A DNA stretch of 63,300 bases, counting the filler, from Octopus bimaculoides (taxonomy: Eukaryota), in assembly GCF_001194135.2 (NCBI RefSeq). It is 6 parts of 5 records of this genome, joined end to end, with 100 filler letters (N's around TTAATTAATTAA, not from the genome) between each part and the next. Parts side by side here need not be neighbours in the genome. Positions count along the whole stretch, not along the records: positions 20,872 to 33,741 come from NC_069003.1; positions 33,842 to 48,855 come from NC_068981.1; 4 more parts are not named here. One strand, given 5' to 3'. The notes under the pieces were generated by a model. The model did not search any database. It worked only from the letters and a program-made list of their open reading frames with translations, and was not told the origin of the DNA. Within the stretch, counting starts at the first letter, position 1; each line of letters starts with the position of its first letter. The position numbers were made by a program, and so were the translations under genes. Below, piece by piece: positions 24,270-38,247 of the stretch.

Positions 24270-25160
24270 TTTCTACTCAAGTGTATAGAGTACCGCATCA
24301 GATTAATGTAAAATTGTTTTTATTATAACTAAACATAAAAACAAACATTAATTAAACACACATTGAAAAACACATTCCCACATGTATACAAATATAAACA
24401 CATACATTCAAGTATATTTAAAAGAAAATTAATATTTATAAATATTGAGAATAAGTCACTCACCTTGACAATATTAAATCATTTTATATTTAAAAGACTT
24501 CATGGTAGTTCTCTTGTAAATAATGATTAATAATAAAAAGATATATTTAAATTGTAGCAATTCTTAACCTGAGTTTTTAATTAAATATGACTGAATTTGA
24601 AACCCCAAACCTTTCATTTCTAAACTTAATGTTTATCATTATCATTTGATGTCTGCTTTCAGTGCTGGCATGGGTAGGACAGTTGCATCATTTCTATGGT
24701 TGGATAACCTTACATCAACCACCTTACAGAGTGTACTGGAGGCTTTTTACATGCCACAGGCAGTGGTGAGATTGCCATGGAGTTTGCAAAGCAGAAATGA
24801 ATAGAGAAAAAGGAAAAGAGGTAAAGCTCCCTCTATTAAGAGCAAGTATTTGAGAGGGGAAGATAATATAGACACAGAACATCCTTATATTTATTTATAT
24901 ATATATATATTTATTTATATATATATATTTATATANNNNNNNNNNNNNNNNNNNNNNNNNNNNNNNNNNNNNNNNNNNNNNNNNNNNNNNNNNNNNNNNN
25001 NNNNNNNNNNNNNNNNNNNNNNNNNNNNNNNNNNNATATATTTATATATATATATTTATATATATATATTTATATATATTTATATGTTTATATATATATA
25101 TTTATATATTTATATTTATCTATATATTTAATATATATTTATTTATTTATAAATATGTGT

Positions 25161-28100
25161 GAACGAACGAAGGAGTGAAAGAACGAACGAACGAGCGTAC
25201 AAAACAACAAACGAACGAAAGAAGGTATGTACAAACGAACTAACGTATGAACGGACGTACATATGTACGTAAATACAAACGAACGAAGATACGTACGTAC
25301 GTACGAACGAGCGATCGAAGGAACGAAAGAACGAACGTACATACGTAGGTACGACCGAAGGAACGAAATAATGAAGGTACGTACGTAAGAACGAACCAAC
25401 GAACCAACCAACGAAAGGACGAACGACAGAACGAACATACGTACCTCCGATCGAACGAATGAACGTTTGTACGTACATACGTTCGGACGCAAGAACGAAC
25501 GTACGTACGAACAAAATAACGGATGAATGAACGAACGAACATGAGTACAAAAGAACGAACGAAAAAAACGTACGTACAACGAACGAACGTAAGTACGGAC
25601 GTACAAACGAACGAACGAATGTACGTACGAACGAACGTAAGTACGTACGAACGGACCACCGAACGTAAGAACGTACGAACGAAATAATGAACGAATGAAC
25701 GTACGTACGAACGGAAGAAAGTACGTAGGTACGTAAGTACGAACGAACGAGAGTACATGCGTACGTACGCACGAACTAACGAACGAATGAATGAACGAAC
25801 GAACGAATGATCGAACGACCGGACGTACGTACGTATTTAGGTAAGTACGAACGATCTAACGTACCTTATGTCCGTGCGTAAGAACGAACGAACAAAAGTG
25901 CGTACGTACGTACAAACGAACGAAAGAACGTACGTACGGACTAATGAACGAACGAACGTACGTACGTAAGTTCGTACTTACGTAAGTACGTACGTACGAT
26001 CGATCGAACGAACGAACTTACGTCCGTATTACGAACGATCAAACCTGCGTACGTACGTGCAAACGAACGGACGAACAAATGAACGATCGAACGAACGAAC
26101 TCAGATACGTACGTAAGAACGAATTTACGAACGTAAGTACGAAGGAACGAACGAGCGCATAAAAGAGCGTACTAAAGCAAAAAACTTACGTACGAACGAT
26201 CGAACGAAGGAATGTATCTTGTGTCCGAACGTACAAACGAACGAACTAATGGACGAACAAACGAACGTACGTACGTATGTACGAACGACCAAACGAACCT
26301 GCGAACGTACGTACAAATGAACGAACGAATGTACGTACGTACAAACGAACGAATGTACGTACGTACGAAAGAACGGATGAACGAACGTACGTAAGTACGA
26401 ACGATCGAACAAACGAACTCAAATACGTACGTACGTACGGACGAATAAACAAACTGACGAATGAACGAACGAATGATCGAACGACCGAACGTACCTATTT
26501 ACCTAAGTACGAACGATCGTTCGTAATACGGACGTACTTTCGTTCGTTCGTTTGTACGTACGGACATAAGGTACGTTCGTTCGATCGTTCGTACGTACGT
26601 CCGTACCTTCGTTCTTTCATTCGTTCGTTTGTACATACGTACGTTCATTCGTTCGTTCGTTTGTGCGTACGTACGCACTTTCGTAAGAACGAACGTACAA
26701 ACGAAAGTGCAAACGTACGTACGTACTTACGAAAGTACGTACGAACGATCGAACCTGCGTACGTACGTGCAAACGAACGAACGAACTCAGTTACGTACGA
26801 ACGAACGAATTAACGAACGTAAGTACGAAGGAACGGACGAACGAACGAGCGCATAAAAGAGCGTACGAACGCAAAAAATTACGTACAAACGAACGAACGA
26901 CCGAACAAACGTACTTACGTAAGTACGTACGAACGATCGAACGAAGAAACGTATCTTGTGTCCGTACGTACAAACGAACGAACAAACGTAGTACGTATGT
27001 ACGAACGACGAAACGAACGAACGAACCTGCCTACGTACGTACAAACGACCGAATGAACGAACGTACGAACTTACGAACAAACGAACGAAAGCACGAACAA
27101 AAGAACGTACGTATGTACGAACGAACGTAAGTACGTACGCACGAATTAACGAACGAACAAACAAATGAACGTACGTAAGAACGAAGAAAGAACGAACGAA
27201 CGACCGAAACCAAGGACAAAGGTACGTACGTTCGATCGAACGTACGTACGTACGAACGTACGTACGAACGAACGTACGTAGACACGAAATATCGAACGAA
27301 CGTACGTACGTCCGAACGACAGAACGAACGAAGAACTTACGAACGAATGAACAAACGAACGAAAGAATGAACGAAATAACGAACGAAAGAACAAAAGTTC
27401 TTACGTAAGAACGATCGAACGAACGAACAAAGTACGAACGAACGAACGTCCGTACCTACGTAAGAACGTACGAACGAGCGCACAAAAGAACGTACGTACA
27501 AACGAACGAATGTAAGTACGAACGAACGAACCTGCGTACGTACGTACAAACGAACGAACGAATGTACTACGTACGTACGAACGAATGAACGTACGTACGT
27601 ATGTACAAACGAAAGAACGTACGTACGGACGGATGTACGAAGTAACGAATGTACGTAAGTACGTACATACGAACGAAGGAACGTACCTTATGTCCGTACG
27701 TACAAACGAGCGAACGAACGAACGTCCGTCCGTATTACGAACGATCGAACCTGCGTACGTACATGCAAACGAACGGACGAACAAATGAACGAACGGACGT
27801 AAGTACGAACGAACTCAGATACGTACCTACGTACGTACGAACGAAAGAACGTACGAACGAATTAACGAACGTAAGTACGAATGAACGAACGAACGAACGA
27901 GCGTATAAAAGAGCGTACGAACGCAAAAAACTTACGTACAAACGAACGAATGAACGTAAGTACCTACGAACGACCGAACAAACGTACGTACGAACGATCG
28001 AACAAAGGAACGTATCTTGTGTCCGTACGTACAAACGAACGAACGAACGAAAGAAAGAACAAAAGTTCGTAAGTAAGAACGATCGAGCGAACAAACGAAC

Positions 28101-31100
28101 GTACGTACGTTTGGACGGACGAAAGAACGAACGAATGTAAGTACATGAGTCCATACGTACGAATGAACGGAAGAACTTACGTACGTACGAACAAAGGGGC
28201 GATCTAATGAATGAACGAACGAGCAAGCAAACGAACGTACGTACGAACATTCGAACGAACGATCTTTCGTACATACACACGAACGATGGAACGAACGAAC
28301 AAACTAACGAATGAACGAACGGAAGAAAGTAAGTACGTACGTACGTAAGTACGAACGAAGGTAGGTACGTACGTACGAACGAAAGTACATACGTACGTAC
28401 GCACGAACGAACGAAAGAACGAATGAATGAACGAACGAAGGAACGTACCTTATGTCCGTACGTACAAACGAACGAACGTACGTCCGTATTACGTACGATC
28501 GAACCTGCGTACGTACGTGCAAACGAACGAATGAACGATCAAACGAACGAACTCAGATACGTACCTACGTACGTACGAACGAACGTAAGAACGTACGAAC
28601 GAATTAACGAACGTAAGTACGAAGGAGCGAACGAGCAAGCGCATAAAAGAGCGTACGAACGCAAAAAAACTTACGTACAAACGAACTAACGAACGAATGA
28701 ACGAGTGTACAAAAGACCGAACGCACGAGCGTACAAACGAACGAACGTACGTACGCACGAATGAACGAACGAACACGAATGAACGTACGTACGTATGTAC
28801 GAACGAGCTAACGAACCTGCGTACGTACGTACAAACGAACGAACGAATGTACGTACGTACGAACGAACGAACGAAAGTGCGTACGAACGACCGAACGAAA
28901 GTGCGTACGTACGTACAAACGAACGAATGAACGTACGTATGTACAAAGGAACGATCGAACGAAAGAACGAACGAAAGTACATGCAAACGTACGTACGAAC
29001 AAACGAACGAACGTACGTACGTACTTACGTAAGTACGTACGAACGATCGAACGAAGGAACGTACCTTATGTCCGTACGTACAAACGAACGAACGTACGTC
29101 CGTATTACGTACGATCGAACCTGAGTACGTACGTGCAAACGAACGGACGAACGAATGAACGATCAAACGAACGAACTCAGATACGTACCTACGTACGTAC
29201 GAACGTAAGTACGAAGGAACGAAAGAACAAGCGCATAAAAGAGGGTACGAACGCAAAAAAACTTACGTACAAACGAACGAACGACCGAACAAACGTACTA
29301 ACGTAAGTACGTACGAACGAACGAACCTGCGTACGTACGTACAAACGAACGGACGAATGAACGAACGAACGAAAGCACGAACAAAAGAACGTACGTACGT
29401 ATGTACGAACCGTACGTACAAACGAACGTACGTACGTACGTGCGAACGAACGGATGAAAGAATGAACGAACGTACGTAAGTACGAACGAACGAACTCAAA
29501 TACGTACGTACGAACGAACGGACGACCGAACGCAAAAATGTATGAACGAAAGAATGAACGAGTGTACAAAAGAACGAATGCACGAGCGTACGAACGAACG
29601 TACGTACGCACGAATGAACGAACGAACGAACGTACGTACGTAAGAACGAAAGAAAGAACGAACGAACGACCGAAACCAAGGACGAACGTACGTACGAACG
29701 AACGTACGTACGTATGTACGAACGACCGAACGAACCTGCGTACGTACGAACAGACGAACGAACGAATGTACGTACGTACGAACGGACGAACGAATGAACG
29801 AACGTACGTAAGTACGAACTTACGAACGAATGAACGATCGAACGAACGAACACAAATACGTACGTACGTACGAATAAATGAATGAACAAACAAACTAACG
29901 AATGAACGTACGTACGAACGAAAGTACATACGTACGTACGCACGAACAAACTAACGAACGAATGTACGAAAGAACGAATGATCGAACGACCGAACGTACG
30001 TATTTACCTAAGTACGAACGATCGAACGTGCCTTATCTCCATTCGTAAGAACGAACGAACGAAAGTGCGTACGAACGACCGAACGAAGGAAAGTGCGTAC
30101 GTACGTACAAACGAACGAACGAATGAACGTACGTATGTACAAACGAACGAAAGAACGAACGTACGCACGGACGTACGAAGTAACGAATGAACGTACGTAC
30201 GAACGAACGATCGAACGTACGTACGTACTTACGTAAGTACGTACGAACGATCGAACGAAGGAACGTACCTTATGTCCGTACGTACAAGCGAACGAACGAA
30301 CGTACGTCCGTATTACGTACGATCGAACCTGCGTACGTACGTGCAAACGAACGGACGAACGATCAAACGAACGAACTCAGATACGTACCTACGTACGTAA
30401 GAACGTACGAACGAATTAACGAACGTAAGTACGAAGGAACAAACGAGCAAGCGCATAAAAGAGCGTACGAACACAAAAAACTTACGTACAAACGAATGGA
30501 CGAACAAACGAACGTAGTACGTATGTACGAACGACCAAACGAACGAACGAACGAACCTGCGTACGTACGTACAAACGAACGGACGAACGAATGAACGAAC
30601 GAACGAAAGCACGAACAAAAGAACGTACGTATGTACGAACGACCGAACAAACCTGCGTGCGTACGTACAAACGAACGAACGAACGTACGTACGTGCAAAC
30701 GAACGGATGAAAGAATGAACGAACGAACTTAAATACGTACGTACGTAAGTACGAACGAATGAACGATCGAACGAACGAACTAACGAACGGAAGAGCAAAC
30801 GAATGAAAGAGTGTACAAAAGAACGAACGCACGAGCGTTCAAACGAACGTACGTACGCACGAATGAACGAACGAATGAACGTTCGTACGTAAGAACGAAC
30901 GAACGACCGAAACCAAGGACGAACGTACGTACGTATGTACGAACGACCGAACGAACCTGCGTACGTACGTACAGACGAATGTACGTACGTACGAATGAAC
31001 GGACGAACGAATGAACGAACGGACGTAAGTACGAACTTACGAACGAATGCACGATCGAACGAACGAACACAAATACGTACGTACGAATAAATGAACGAAC

Positions 31101-33741
31101 AAACAAACTAACGAATGAACGTACGTACGAACGAAAGTACATACGTACGTACGCACGAACAAACTAACGAACGAATGTACGAAAGAAAGAATGAATGAAC
31201 GAACGTACGAACGAACGAATGATCGAACGACCGAACGTACGTATTTACCTAAGTACGAACGATCGAACGTGCCTTATGTCCGTTCGTAAGAACGAACGAA
31301 CGAAAGTGCGTACGAACGACCGAACGAAAGTGCGTACGTACGTACAAACGAATGAACGAGTGTACAAAAGAATGAACGCACGACCGTACAAACGAACGAA
31401 CGTACGTACAAACGAACGAATGAACGTACGTACGTAAGAACGAAAGAAAGAACGAACGAACGACCGAAACCAAGGACGAACGAACGTACGTACGTATGTA
31501 CGAACGACCGAACGAACCTAGCGTACGTACGTACAGACGAACGAACGAATGTACGTACGTACGAACGAACGGACTAACGAATGAACGAACGTACGTAAGT
31601 ACGAACTTACGAACGAACGAACTCAAATACGTACGAACGAACAAACGAACGAACGAACGACCTAACGAACGAACGAGTGTACAAACGAACGAACGAACGT
31701 AAGTGCGTACGAACGAACGTACGTACGTCAGAACGAAAGAAAGAACGAACGAACGATCGAAACCAAGGATCGTACGTACGTACGTATGTACGAACGAGCC
31801 TGCGTACGTACGTACAAACGAACGAACGAATATACGTACTTACGTACGAACGAATGTAGGTACGTACGAACGAATGTACGTACATACGTACGAACGAATG
31901 TACGTACGTACGTACGAACGAATGTACGTACGTACGTACGAACGAATGTCCGTACGAACGAATGAACGACTGTACAAAAGAACGAACGCACGAGCGTACA
32001 AAAGAACGAACGAACGAATGAACGAACGAACGTAAGTACGTACGAACGAACGAACGAACGTACGTACGCACGAATGAACGAACGAACGAACGAATGAACG
32101 TACGTACGTAAGAACGAACGAACGACCGAAACCAAGGACGAACGTACGTACGTACGTCCGAACGACCGAACGAACGAACGAAGAACAAAAGAACGAACGA
32201 AGAACTTACGAATGAAAGAACGAAAGTTCTTACGAAAGANNNNNNNNNNNNNNNNNNNNNNNNNNNNNNNNNNNNNNNNNNNNNNNNNNNNNNNNNNNNN
32301 NNNNNNNNNNNNNNNNNNNNNNNNNNNNNNNNNNNNNNNNNNNNNNNNNNNNNNNNNNNNNNNNNNNNNNNNNNNNNNNNNNNNNNNNNNNNNNNNNNNN
32401 NNNNNNNNNNNNNNNNCGAATGTACGAAAAAACGAATGAATGAACGAACGTACGCACGAACGACCGAACGTACGTATTTATGTAAGTACGAACGATCGAA
32501 CGTACCTTATGTCCGTGCGTAAGAACGAACGAACGTAAGTGCGCACGAACGACCGAACGAAAGTGCGTACGTACGTACAAACGAACGAACGAACGTACGT
32601 ACGTACGAACGAACGGACGAACGAATGAACGAACTTACGTAAGTACGAACTTATGAACGATCGAACGAACGAACTCAAATACGTACGAACGAACAAACGA
32701 ACGAACGAACGGACGGTCGAAGGTGAGAATGTACGAACGAACGAACTAACGAACGAAAGAACGAACGAGTGTACAAAAGAACGAACGCACGAGCGTACAA
32801 ACGAACGAACGAACGTAAGTACGTACGAACGAACGTACGTACGTAAACACGAATGAACGAACGAACGAACGAATGAACGTACGTTCGTCAGAACGAAAGA
32901 AAGAACGAACGATCGAAACCAAGGACGAACATACGTACGAACAAACGATCGAACGTACGTACGTACGTATGTACGAACGACCGAACGAGCCTGTGTACGT
33001 ACGTACAAACGAACGAACGAATATACGTACGTACGTACGAACGAATGTACGGACGAACGAATGAACGAACGTACGTAAGTACGAACTTATGAACGATTGA
33101 ACGAACGAACTCAAATACGTACTTACGTACGAACGAACAAACGGACGGACGACCGAACGTAAGAATGTACGAACGAACGAACGACCGTATGTACGAACGA
33201 ACTAACGAACGAAAAAACGAACGAATGAACGACTGTACAAAAGAACGAACGCACGAGCGTACAAAAGAACGAACGAACGAATGAACGAACGAACGAACGA
33301 ACGAATGAACGTACGTACGTAAGAACGAAAGAAAGAACGGACGAACGACCGAAACCAAGGACGAACGTACGTACGTACGTCTGAACTAACGAACGAAGAA
33401 CAAAAGAACGAACGAACGAACGAGCGAAACGAACGAACGTCCGTACGTACGAAAGAACGCACGGACGACCGAACGTAAGAACGTACGAACGAACGAAAGT
33501 AACTACGAACGAAATAACGAACGAAAGAACGAACGAATGAACGTACGTACGTAAGAACGAAAGAAAGAACGAACGACCGGAACCAAGGACGAACGTACGT
33601 ACGTACCTCCGAACGAACGAACGAAGAACAAAAGAACGAGCGAAGAACTTACGAACGAACGAACGAAAGAATGAACGAAATAACGAACGAAAGAACGAAA
33701 GTTCTTACGTAAGAACGATCGAACGAACGAACGAACGAACA
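25161..33741. repeat. CpG-rich ACGA/ACGT mosaic satellite with higher-order structure
   Basis: Continuous mosaic of ACGA, ACGT, ATGA and AAGA tetramers with recurring landmark words; N gap at 32240-32416; runs into the join spacer. Confidence 0.97.
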
Positions 33742-33841
33742 NNNNNNNNNNNNNNNNNNNNNNNNNNNNNNNNNNNNNNNNNNNNTTAATTAATTAANNN
33801 NNNNNNNNNNNNNNNNNNNNNNNNNNNNNNNNNNNNNNNNN
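33742..33841. other. Artificial 100-bp join spacer
   Basis: N44-TTAATTAATTAA(33786-33797)-N44. Confidence 0.97.
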
Positions 33842-33992
33842 ATACATATATACGACGGGCTTCTTTCAGTTTCCGTCTACCAAATCCACTCACAAGGCTT
33901 TTGTCGGCCCGAGGCTATAGTAGAAGACACTTGCCGAAGGTGCCACGCAGTGGGACTGAACCCGGGACCATGTGGTTGGTAAGCTAGCTCGC
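33842..33992 (-). mobile_element. SINE family A 5' half
   Basis: ACGACGGGCTTCTTTCAGTTTCCGTCTACC..GGGACTGAACCCGGGACCATGTGGTTGGTAAGC. Confidence 0.9.
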
Positions 33993-34857
33993 AATACACA
34001 CACTCCCTAACATACCCTTAAACGCTCACAAACACATACACACTCACATTTCAAAGACTTCCAAAATAATTTCATAAATTGTATTTTCTACAGTTTGGTA
34101 ACATAACAAGTGAGCACAAATTTGTGAGTCACACAAATGACTACAAGAAATTTAATGCAATTGATAAAAACTTTGATTTTTTTTTTTTACTTGCTATCTA
34201 TCCTAGAAAATCAGCCCATCTCCATTCGGTAAAGTAACCTAATCACCTAATTAGCAACGCGCATGAACGGATCAACGAAAATCCCATTCTCCCTATCTAT
34301 CTATCTATCTATCTATCTATAAGAATGGCACGTATAAATGACGAAGCCACCTTGACCATGATTCTATAAAACGTTTTAAAATTTTGTAAACAGAGAGTTA
34401 CTCACGTTTCTTGCTTAAATAAAAGAAATTTTAGTTAACAAACTGTGACGCTAAAGACCGAGGTTACCGTGGTCTTTTCGTAGGTTTTTCTTTCCACGGA
34501 TAACCTCCCCATTTATTGGGAATTTTTTGTATTATTTCGTATTTTTGTAAATACCCCAAACGTTTTGCGATGTTTTTTTTTCATCGTTGTCCCCACTTTT
34601 GTTTTTTTTCTGCTTTGTTTTCGACCCCCTCGAAAAGAAAAACTCTACATTTGTATTTTGTCCCCTCTGTGTTGAGCCCTGTGTGGCTAATAAAGAAACC
34701 TATCTATCAATCTATATGTATGTCTGTTTGTCTGTCTGTCTATCTATCTATCTGTATCTATATCTGCATATACCAAGGTGCTGATAATGTAAACTTAATG
34801 ATGTCAACCCTGTTAAATTAAATAACCTATTAAACCCAGATACATGAAATATTTAAT

Positions 34858-35706
34858 ATTGGTTTTAAATTTTCGCACAAGGCCAGATGTTTTGAGAGAG
34901 TGGAGTAAGTCGATTTTATTAAATCCAGTAGTCGACTGGTACTTATTTTATCGACTTGAAACTGGCAAAGTCGACCCCGGTGCAATTGGGCTCAGAATGC
35001 GAAGTCGGGAGAAAAGCTGCTAAGCGTTTTTTCCAACGCAGTTTCAATTCTGCCAGCTTGCTGCCTTAATATTGGTTTTAATTTTGCAAGAGGCTAACAA
35101 GATTGGGGTTGGGATTATTTGATAATGTTCACCTCGGAGTTAGACTGGCACTTATTTTATTGACGTCGAAAAAATTTAAGATACAGTCGACCTCGGTAGT
35201 ATTTGAACTCAGAACCTAAAGACGGACGAAACGCCGCTTAGATATTGCCCCGCGTGCTAATATCTAAAATTAATTTCAAATTTTGGCACAAGGCCAGGAG
35301 TTTCTGGGGAGTGGACGGAGGGGCTGATTGCATCGACCCCAGTGCTTAACTGTTATTTATTTTATCGACTCCAACCGAATGAAATGCAACGTCGGCCTCG
35401 GTGGAATTTGAACTCAAAACGTGAAGATCAACAAGCTGCTACTAAGCACTTCGCCCGGCATCCTACCGATTCTGCTAGCTCACCGCCTTAATCTAATGTT
35501 AGTTTCAAATTTTGTGACAATGCTAGCAATTTCAAGGGAAGAAATGAACCGATTACATCAAACTTAGCATTTAACTTGTACTTATTTTATCGACCCCGAA
35601 AAGCAAAGTCGGCCTCGTTGGAATCTGAACTCAAAACGGGATGACTGACAAAATAATTAGCATCATTTTGTCCGACATGCTAACGATTCTGCCGACTCGC
35701 CACTTT
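34858..35706 (-). mobile_element. Head-to-tail array of four SINE family B copies
   Basis: Repeating AAATTTTGGCACAAGGCC-like tails at about 34865, 35080, 35275 and 35505, each with GAACTCA. Confidence 0.8.
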
Positions 35707-35737
35707 AATCTAATATTTAATATTAAATTAAGTTTTT

Positions 35738-35955
35738 TAAGGCGGTTAGCTAGCAGAATCGGTAATACACGGAACAAAATGGTTAGTGGTATTGCTTCCA
35801 TCTACACGTTCTGAGTTCAAATTCCGCTCTGGTCGACTTTGTCTTTCATCTTTTCTGGGTCAATAAAACAAATACCAGCTGACAAAGGGAGTCGTTGTAA
35901 TTAGCTTATCACTCACCCGAATTTGCTGGCATTATGCCAAAATTTGAATCCAGTA
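35738..35955 (+). mobile_element. SINE family B
   Basis: AAGGCGGTTAGCTAGCAGAATCG..GAGTTCAAATTCCG..GGCATTATGCCAAAATTTGAA. Confidence 0.8.
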
Positions 35956-36788
35956 TCTAATTATGTTAAGTGCTTTTGAATTACTTTATTCAAGTGTTGA
36001 CCAGAAATTTTCATTATTCTCTAAATGATATTTTTGGGTCGGATATGTATATTTCGTTCATTAGTATGAAGGACCAAATTTCCTGTAAGTTGTTAATTGT
36101 ATAAATGTGATGATAATCTTTAAATTTATATTTCTTTGTTCACTCATTTTGCTTTTCGTTAATTATCTAACATACTATTCGCGCTTATATATTTTTTTTA
36201 ATGTTTTCGCAAAAGATGCAGTTGGTTCGAGTATACGATGTGATAAGAAATTAAACATATTGGAATAAACAATGCTGACGCAGAATCCTAGAAAATTCTT
36301 AAGTGTTGAATCTGGAAAGATACAAAACATTCATTAATTAAACGTGGAAAAGTACAGGACAACAAACAAAAAAACTTAGAATATTGCTGCTGAAGTTAGA
36401 ATTTAGAAACTAAAGTAGTAATAAATGCCCTTTTATATTTTTAAATTTTACTTCAAAGTTTAAATTTAAATACTCAAGAAGTTATTTTTCAGTTTCAGTG
36501 AAAGTTTATACATTACAGTTTTACATTAAACATGTGATATAACAATTTTATATATTTAAACAATCACATAATAGCAATTTAAGCAAAATTGATTATTATA
36601 ACACCTAAGCTTTTAGGAAAAGCTAGAGGATCGTTTCTATATTTTGCATTCAATCTGTTCATTAGTTTCATTTTTAAAATAATTTTTTCTAACTGTAAAC
36701 AGAAAATACTTTGTTACCTGATAATGCAAACATTAAAAGAATTCATTCTTTTGTTTCCTTAAAACGATTTTTTTGCTATTTTTTTAAT

Positions 36789-37312
36789 CCTTGGGCACCT
36801 TGGGCAAATGTCTTCTACTATAGCCTCGGGCCGACCAAAGCATTGTGAGTGGATTTGGTAGGCGGAAACTGAAAGAAGCCCGTCGTATATATATGTATAT
36901 ATNNNNNNNNNNNNNNNNNNNNNNNNNNNNNNNNNNNNNNNNNNNNNNNNNNNNNNNNNNNNNNNNNNNNNNNNNNNNNNNNNNNNNNNNNNNNNNNNNN
37001 NNNNNNNNNNNNNNNNNNNNNNNNNNNNNNNNNNNNNNNNNNNNNNNNNNNNNNNNNNNNNNNNNNNNNNNNNNNNNNNNNNNNNNNNNNNNNNNNNNNN
37101 NNNGTGTGTTTGTGTGTCTGTATTTGTCCCCCCAACATCGCTTGACAACCGATGGTGGTGTGTTTACGTCCCCGTAACTTAGCGGTTCTGCAAAAGAGAC
37201 CGATAGAATAAGTACTAGGCTTACAAAGAATAAGTCCTGGGGTCGATTTGTTCGACTAAAAGGCGGTGCTCCAGCATGGCCACAGTCAAATGACTGAAAC
37301 AAGTAAAAGAGT
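36789..37312 (+). mobile_element. SINE family A (5'-truncated) with gap in internal microsatellite
   Basis: 5' half ends GAAGCCCGTCG(TA)n, then N gap, then TGTGTCTGTATTTGTCCCCCCAACATCGCTTGACAACCG..GACTGAAACAAGTAAAAGAG. Confidence 0.92.
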
Positions 37313-38079
37313 ATATGTACATATTTTAACGCATAATAAGACTAAAAATAAATATGAAATCGCAAAAATCATAACATTTTTCATGCTTATCGTTTTTAGA
37401 CGGAGTTTTCTCCAAAATATTCGTCTCTATGAAATCTTTCACTGGAATTCAAATAGAAATCCAAATTATTTTGTCTTTTTAAGAGAAAAGTAATACTAAA
37501 AATTATCACCATTTTTCGTTTTAAGCCACACAAATTTTTTGTAGTTAATATTTTTTGACAAGGTTTTCACCATAAGATTCTTCCCATAGAGTGTTTCCAT
37601 TTGAAGTAAATCTCGAACGCAGAATACCTGTGAAAACAACGTTGATGATTGGTTAAATACCCTTAGTAAACGGAAAAAAGTGACCAGCAAGACGCTAAAT
37701 ACCCTGTATATTGCAATCATCAATGATTTTTTTTCCTGAATATATATTGAATGTTTTGCACAGCCAATACAGAAACATTATAATTATTTTTGTTTTCACT
37801 TAATGCAGACCCGTTATTTTGACTCGTTAGCAGCTAGTCCTTGTTTTGCGAGTATTTTCGTGAAAACAGTGATATTCTTTACGTATCTAATGCCTGTTTT
37901 ACAAAACTAGTATGTTTTTATCACTTAATTTTCACTTCATTTTTCAGAGAGAAAAAAGTGAATGAAGTAATTTTATTGAACATGTTTATTTTCTTTAGGT
38001 TCCACTTCGATTTCATATGAATGTAATGCCTACTATAAGTATATGGACGAAAACTAATTAATATTTTACAATCAATTAA

Positions 38080-38247
38080 GGCGTCGAGCAGGTAGAATTG
38101 TTAGCACATCAGGCAAAATGCTTGAAATTTCTCCGATGTTGACTTTGCTTTTCATCCCTTTCGGGGTCGATGAAGTCAGTACCAGTACAACACTTACCTT
38201 CTTCCCTGAAATTGCTGGCCTTGCGCCAAACTTTGGAACCAATATTT
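38080..38247 (+). mobile_element. SINE family B (internally deleted)
   Basis: AAGGCGTCGAGCAGGTAGAATTG..GACTTTGCTTTTCATCC..GGCCTTGCGCCAAACTTTGGAACC. Confidence 0.75.

Noticed and set aside
25139-33462. Dozens of long ORFs (RTYV/RSFV/ERTN repeats, up to 255 aa) in the satellite
   Set aside because: Tetramer repeats lacking stop codons give open frames on both strands; no protein-like complexity
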